A stretch of 64,000 nt of DNA from Armatimonadota bacterium (lineage in GTDB: Bacteria; Armatimonadota; UBA5829; DTLH01), in assembly GCA_038207085.1 (NCBI GenBank), contig JBBRAE010000006.1, positions 65,818 through 129,817 on the forward strand. The letters are read 5' to 3'. A program made the position numbers and the translations under genes. Every line of letters begins with the position of its first letter. The first letter of the stretch is position 1. The notes beneath the pieces were generated by a model, which did not search any database, was not told the origin of the DNA, and was given only the letters and a program-made list of their open reading frames with translations. Shown here in pieces: positions 57,952 through 64,000 of this stretch.

Positions 57952-58652
57952 CTATATCCCCAGATACGCCCGCTTAACGTCCTCGCTCTCCATCACGACC
58001 GACGACGGCCCCTCAAGCACGATGCGGCCGTTTTCGAGCACGTAGGCACGGTCGGCGACTTCGAGCGCCTGCTGGACGTTCTGCTCGGCGAGGAGGATCG
58101 TCATTCCCGAGGCTTTCAGTTGCTTGATCTTCTCGAAGACTTCGGCGACCAAGAGCGGCGCGAGGCCTGTTGATGGTTCATCGAGCAACAAAATATCGGG
58201 GGAGCCTACGAGCGCTTTGGCGATGGCGAGCATCTGTTGCTGACCGCCGGAGAGGTTCCCCGCACGGTCGCCCAGTCTGTCTTTTAAGGCTGGGAAAAGC
58301 TCGAAGGTCTTCTCTATCGCGCCGGAGAGCTTGCTTCCTCGAAGCCTGCGCGAGTAGCCGCCCATACGGAGGTTGTCGAGAATACTCATCCCGGGGAAGA
58401 GCCCCCGGCCCTCGGGGACGAACGCAAGGCCCTTCGAGGCGATCTTCTCAGCCGGTGCGCCGCCGATGCTCTTGCCACCGAGGAGTATGCGGCCCTCTCG
58501 CGGAGAAATCAGGCCCGATGCAGTCCGCTGAAGCGTGCTTTTGCCCGCGCCGTTTGCGCCAAGGAGTGCGACGACCTCGCCCTGGCCCACTCGAAGCGAA
58601 ACGCCGTGGAGGACCATCAGGTCTTCGTACCCGGACTCGATGTTGATCATCT

Positions 58653-58659
<7 letters not shown>
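57952..58659 (-). CDS. livF: branched-chain amino acid ABC transporter ATP-binding protein (LivF-like)
   Basis: Walker A GANGAGKST, signature LSGGQQQ and Walker B ILLLDEP. Confidence 0.85.
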
Positions 58660-59401
<742 letters not shown>

Positions 59402-59405
<4 letters not shown>

Positions 59406-60418
59406 TGTCGGTCTCCGATCAGTCTCGTGACCCGTCCGAAGCTGCGCCTTATGCCAGGAAGCAGGCCGTCTCGGGAGAATATCATTATGAGAACGAGGAT
59501 CAGACCGAAGGCGAGTTCTTCGTAGCGCGCGGTGTCGATTCCGACGTTGGCCCCGAGCGTGTTGATCGCCTCGCGCAGCCCGAGCATCACAAGCACGCCC
59601 GCAATGCCTCCCCAGACGCTTCCCATTCCGCCGATCACGACCATAGTCACAAGCGTAACTGAAACCTTGAGCTCAAGCGGCTCTGTCGTAAGCGACCCAC
59701 CGGAGCAGACAAAAGCGTAGAGAAACCCGGCAAAGGCGGCGAGGATTCCACTTGCGACGAACACCTTCAGCTTCACCCCAAACGCACTGATGCCGAGCGA
59801 CTCGGCTGCGTCCTCGTCTCCGTGGACTGCTTTTAGCGCGCGCCCGGCGGGGCTTTCGGTAAGGTGAACGGCCCACGTGACTGCGATGATCGCGAAGAAC
59901 CAGACGAGGTAGACCCCCGCGAGGTCGCCGCCTCGGCTGAGCAGGCCAAAGGGGTCCATTTGCGGCATTCCGTATATCTCTGCTGTCCCTTCGGCAAAGC
60001 TCAGGCTGTTGATGATCTCGTGGGTGATGATCCCAATACAGAGCGTCGCAAGGGCGAGGTAGTGGCCCTTTAGCCGCAGTATCCAGAACCCCGTGATGAA
60101 CGCAAGGAGCCCGCCTGAGGCGATCGAAAGAACGAGCCCAAGCCACATCGGCAGGTGGAATTGCGAGACCGCTATCGCTGACGCGTACGCGCCGAGCCCG
60201 TAGAACGCGGCGTGCCCGAGCGACACCTGGCCCGTGAACCCCATCAGAAGCGTCAGGCCGACGACGATGATCGCGTAGACCCCGGCAAGTTGGGCGAGCG
60301 GCAGCAGATACTCGAACTGGCCTCGCATCAGAAGAGGCAGCGCTGCGACCATAATCGCAAGAACGAGCGGGCCTCGGTAGAGCCTGGCGTAGGACATCGG
60401 CTGGGGGAACTTTTTCAT
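59402..60418 (-). CDS. livM: branched-chain amino acid ABC transporter permease (LivM-like)
   Basis: 338-aa polytopic permease of the LivH/LivM family. Its ends overlap the neighbouring liv genes. Confidence 0.85.
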
Positions 60419-61266
60419 TTGGACAAGAGCCCCCTTGGTCTGACGAGCAGGATCACAACAACAATCGCAAGCGCGAGCGCGTCTTTATACTCCGACCACC
60501 GCCAGCTTGTGAAGACCTCAAGGATGCCCAGAAGAAGCCCGCCGATCACCCCTCCGATGGGGTTTCCGAGCCCACCGAGGATCGCCGCGGCGAAGCCCTT
60601 CAGACCGAGCATCGTGCCGCGTGAGAAGTCCATTGAGGTGCTTGGTGTTATCAATACACCGGCGACTCCGGCTAAGAGGGCGCTAAGGGAAAACGCGGCG
60701 CTCGACATCCGCCCGATGGGGACACCTGAGAGCTTCGCTCCTTCGGGGTTGTCGGCGCAGGCGCGCATGGCGCGTCCGGTCGTGGTAAATCTGAAAAAGC
60801 CGGACAGAGCGAGCATGCAAGCCGCCGCTACGGCGACACCGAGCAGGTCGTTATAGTTTACGACCGTTTTCCCGAGCTTGGTCGAGCCATCGACGGCGGC
60901 GGCAAGCGACTGGGGATCGGTGATCTTGAGCGAGACAAGCGCCTTGATGACGATCGATGCGCCTATCGTGATAATAATATGTGTGACCGGGCTTGCTTTG
61001 CGGACCGGCCTGATCGCGAGCACATCGAGCAATAGCCCGACGAGCCCGGCCGCCGCAATTCCAACGAGCATAGCGACCGCAAGCGGCCAGTGGAGCATCC
61101 CCCATGCGACGCCCGCAGTGACACCGCCGACCATCACAAACTCCCCTTGCGCGAAGTTGATGATCCCCGTCGTCTTGTAGATAACGTTAAACCCAAGCGA
61201 GATCAACGCATATACGCTGCCGATTATGATTCCCTGTATAAGGAATAGTGTTACAAAGTCGCCCAA
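60415..61266 (-). CDS. livH: branched-chain amino acid ABC transporter permease (LivH-like)
   Basis: 283-aa polytopic permease. It is the first gene of the 5-gene ABC operon on the - strand. Confidence 0.85.
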   Translation of the reverse strand: MGDFVTLFLIQGIIIGSVYALISLGFNVIYKTTGIINFAQGEFVMVGGVTAGVAWGMLHWPLAVAMLVGIAAAGLVGLLLDVLAIRPVRKASPVTHIIITIGASIVIKALVSLKITDPQSLAAAVDGSTKLGKTVVNYNDLLGVAVAAACMLALSGFFRFTTTGRAMRACADNPEGAKLSGVPIGRMSSAAFSLSALLAGVAGVLITPSTSMDFSRGTMLGLKGFAAAILGGLGNPIGGVIGGLLLGILEVFTSWRWSEYKDALALAIVVVILLVRPRGLLSK

Positions 61267-61387
61267 TACTCGCGTGTTTCCTCTTTAACTCAACAGTCAT
61301 GATTATATGACATTTCCGATGATCTGCCAAACGGTTTGTGATGGATGATTGGGATTAGCTCCGGGAATTGGCTTGTGTCGGCTATTT

Positions 61388-61611
61388 GGGTGGAGCGCAC
61401 GTTTCGAGAGCCTCAACGTGATTGGCTTTAGGTTGATCAAGTATGAGAGATGGTGGTCGCTCATCCTTCGTGCTTCGAGAGCCTCAGCATGACGCTTCGC
61501 TGTTCTGGATGGCAGGTGTGTAGGCTCAGAGTATAGGCACAATCTCTCACATTTCACTCAAACCCAAACCCCTCACCCTGAGGCTCTCGAAGGGTGCGCT
61601 CCACAAATCAA
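61388..61611. repeat. MITE-like palindromic element, copy 2, inverted relative to copy 1 and carrying an internal insertion
   Basis: gggtggagcgcacgtttcgagagcctcaacgtgattgg ... ccctcaccctgaggctctcgaagggtgcgctcc. Its reverse complement aligns with 57755..57907 apart from an extra segment of about 70 bp. Confidence 0.65.
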
Positions 61612-61865
61612 AGAGCGTACTACAACAAATGGAGGCTAACAGAATCCCCAACCCGCGCCAGTCCGGCTACTAACTCTATGCCCCGTGCCCCGTTTGGCAT
61701 CCTGCCAGAAGGGTAAATTTATAATCAGCTCATGCAGAGCTAAACAAATAATCGAAAATATTCGCCAGACAAGCACATGCATTCAGATTGTGGTATAATC
61801 CGGTTACTACCGATATACGACTACTTACTTGCGGCGGAAATGCCGGGGGAAGGGGGTCTACCGAA

Positions 61866-62165
61866 ATGCCGGTTGAAGATGCTGAAATGACCCGACAGGT
61901 GCGCAGGGAGATATCCAGGCGCTACGTAGATGCTACTAACGTGGATGTTCGAGTTATCCACGGCGTGGTGTACTTGCGGGGGTTTATGGATCACCTCGCG
62001 ACCCACCAGGGGCTTAGTCTTGGCAATGAACTAGAGATCATTACGCGTGTTCTTCGCAGTAGGCCAGGTATCAGGGACGTTGTAAGTGAGGTGAACCTCG
62101 GCAAACCAGGTCTGCGCGAAAACGTCCGTGCTGCTGAGAAAAGAGGGTATCACGGTCTTGGTTGA
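61866..62165 (+). CDS. hypothetical protein, possible BON-domain protein
   Basis: VDVRVIHGVVYLRGFMD is a BON-like motif. Start is placed at MPVEDAEM, and the overall ORF context is weak. Confidence 0.4.
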   Translation: MPVEDAEMTRQVRREISRRYVDATNVDVRVIHGVVYLRGFMDHLATHQGLSLGNELEIITRVLRSRPGIRDVVSEVNLGKPGLRENVRAAEKRGYHGLG

Positions 62166-62336
62166 CGAGCTGAAGCCGGCCGTCTTCCGGTCGCACTCCT
62201 GCACGACTTATCCATACTTCAAGTTTTGGTTGCCACAGCGATTCATGTAAAGCTATTCCCAAGGTGAGTCGCTGTGTGTGCCTCCTCATTGGCGTTGCAC
62301 TTCTTTTATAACACTGCCCACACACTCCTCAATGGT

Positions 62337-63179
62337 TCAGAAGACAACGCTTCCTTTGGTTTGCAGGTCGATCGCGGTGCCGCCGCGCACTGCTGATGGG
62401 CAGCATCCGAACCGCGCTTTGAACGCTCTGCTGAAGTGAAATGGGCTTGAGTAACCGAGGCGTTCGGCGACCTGGTTGACGGGGCAGGCGTCGTGCTGGA
62501 GCATTTGGAGCGCCAGACGCATCCTGATTTCGGTGTAATAGACCTTGGGTGACTTGCCTGTCACAACGAGGAACGACTGTCGCATCCACCTTGCGCTGAT
62601 ACCGAGTTCGCGCGCGAGCATTTCTACAGATATTGGATTTGTGATCTCCCGCTGCATCCGTTTTGCCGCGTAGGCGACGATCTCGCGCATGGGGTCGTGT
62701 TTCTCGCCGTTTCGTCGCCAGCGGGTTGCCCACTCGTGCACGAGCATGTTGCAAAGCGCGGAGGCGGCGGAGCGCGAAGCTTCGTCCTCTTGGCTGAGCA
62801 GGTAAAAGCTGTGGTCGATGAGGTCCGGCTCCCAGGTGCTCGGTTCGACGGTCAGAACTTCATGCCAAGGGTAGGGGACCATCCCTTCCCGGGCGCAGAC
62901 CATCCACGAAAACTGCCAGCGTGGGCCCAGCGTCTCATATCGGCTGATCATCAGATCGTCTGCGAGAAACACCGTGTTCTCGGTGAGTATAGACGTGCCG
63001 TGCCCGTCGATATCGATCCTGCCGCAGCCCGCAGTCGTTCGGATTACTATTACGAGTGCGCTGTCGCGAGACTTTCGGACTACCTGGTAGCTTTCGTCCT
63101 GGTCTACGAGCCACATTGTCCGAAGGGCTACCCCGAGGCAGTCGCTTGGCCCGGTGCTCATCGCTGAAATGCTTTTCAT
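62337..63179 (-). CDS. AraC-family transcriptional regulator
   Basis: C-terminal double HTH: ISVEMLARELGISARWMRQSF...VNQVAERLGYSSPFHFSRAFKARFGCCPSAVR. It is divergent from the URO-D-family gene at 63313. Confidence 0.8.
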   Translation of the reverse strand: MKSISAMSTGPSDCLGVALRTMWLVDQDESYQVVRKSRDSALVIVIRTTAGCGRIDIDGHGTSILTENTVFLADDLMISRYETLGPRWQFSWMVCAREGMVPYPWHEVLTVEPSTWEPDLIDHSFYLLSQEDEASRSAASALCNMLVHEWATRWRRNGEKHDPMREIVAYAAKRMQREITNPISVEMLARELGISARWMRQSFLVVTGKSPKVYYTEIRMRLALQMLQHDACPVNQVAERLGYSSPFHFSRAFKARFGCCPSAVRGGTAIDLQTKGSVVF

Positions 63180-63312
63180 TCTGTGTTACTTCCGATTTTG
63201 GCAGGTGTCTGAGACTACTATGGTATGGCATTGCATGCTGTATTGCTATAATATTTCCGTAAATAGCAGGCTGATTCCTTCCTGCTTGATAACCTTGAGA
63301 GGATACTTGTTG

Positions 63313-64000
63313 ATGGAAACTCCAGTTACAGACGGCATCCACGCGCTCCTTCCGCGCGAGCTGATGACTCCGTCGGCTCGGAAGCTTCGCGATATCTATG
63401 CAATCACCCCCGATGCCCCAATCCTCCACCGCGAGTTCGGCTTCTACTGCCTTGATCGGTGGTACAACGAAGGCCTGGGCCGAAGCGCTGACCTTGCCGA
63501 GGTGTTTGGTTACGACGCTCCCGGCGACCATGACCTGGGCGGCCTCGGCTGGTGCGAAGGCGGCTTCGTCCCTATCTTTGAAGACAAGATATTGGAGGAC
63601 CGGGGAGAGCATGAGGTGATCCAAGACTTTGCGGGGAGAGGTGTGCTTGTCTTCAAAGGCAGGCGAAGCGGGTTTATGCCCGAGTATATAGATCATCCCG
63701 TGAAAGACATGGCAAGCTGGGTTGAGAAGTGCAAGTGGAGGCTTCAGCCCGACACTTCCGAGCGATGGGACGGCTTCGACGGCCGAATGGCCACGGCAAA
63801 AGCCAATGCAGCCGACGGGATGATGATCGTCCAAGGGCTAGTCGGCGGCTACATGTATCTTCGGAGCCTCATTGGCCCAGAGCAGATCATGTACGCCTTC
63901 TACGATATGCCAGAGGTCGTCCACGACTGTATGAAGACCTGGTTTGAGCTCGCCGATGCCGTGAGCGCCCGCCATCAGGAGCATGTGACGGTCGACACTT
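63313..64000 (+). CDS. URO-D family (MtaA/CmuA-like) protein, 3' end outside window
   Basis: Open frame from the ATG at 63313 to the window end with no stop: METPVTDGIHALLPRELMTPSARKLRDIY...MMIVQGLVGGYMYLRSLIGPEQIMYAFYDMPEVVHDCMKTW. It resembles the URO-D-like ORFs at 6336 and 16706. It is not in the ORF track because it lacks a stop. Confidence 0.6.
   Translation, partial: METPVTDGIHALLPRELMTPSARKLRDIYAITPDAPILHREFGFYCLDRWYNEGLGRSADLAEVFGYDAPGDHDLGGLGWCEGGFVPIFEDKILEDRGEHEVIQDFAGRGVLVFKGRRSGFMPEYIDHPVKDMASWVEKCKWRLQPDTSERWDGFDGRMATAKANAADGMMIVQGLVGGYMYLRSLIGPEQIMYAFYDMPEVVHDCMKTWFELADAVSARHQEHVTVDT

Overview
High-GC (about 60%) bacterial chromosomal segment. The core is a roughly 28-kb Firmicutes/Spirochaete-style flagellar and chemotaxis super-operon on the + strand, 21.5 to 49.2 kb. 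Gene order is flgB-flgC-fliE-fliF-fliG-fliH-fliI-fliJ-SLT-fliK-flgD | cheW-cheD-cheY | flg_new-flgE-flbD-motA-motB-fliL-fliM-fliN | fliO-fliP-fliQ-fliR-flhB-flhA-flhF-flhG-pilZ-small membrane protein-fliA. Three near-identical sigma-54-type -24/-12 elements (TGGCACG-N4-TTGCT) precede flgB, flg_new/flgE and fliO. This is an unusual combination for this operon architecture. The left flank (0 to 21 kb) holds the 3' end of a P-type ATPase gene, glmM followed by a truncated glmS 5' remnant, a glycan-degradation block (GH95 fucosidase, SASA-type esterase, URO-D/MtaA-like protein, 604-aa hypothetical), an aquaporin 3' remnant, a secreted Cys/Met/His-rich protein, cysK, a GH4 glycosidase, a DUF1361-like membrane protein, topA, a second URO-D-family gene, an rmlD-like reductase, rubrerythrin, and an ACT-domain protein with phenylacetate-CoA ligase. 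The right flank (49 to 64 kb) holds two hypotheticals downstream of fliA, a lower-GC island encoding secreted/lipoproteins (one with an apparent frameshift in a G5 run), a second paaK, a hicAB toxin-antitoxin pair, a 5-gene Liv-type ABC operon bracketed by inverted MITE-like elements, a BON-domain ORF, an AraC regulator and a third URO-D-family gene running off the window. Three families of small intergenic repeats are present: an 80-bp double-hairpin element (4 copies), a GC-rich hairpin (at least 6 copies), and period-7 GCT heptad repeats. No rRNA, tRNA, CRISPR array, transposase or integrase was recognised.
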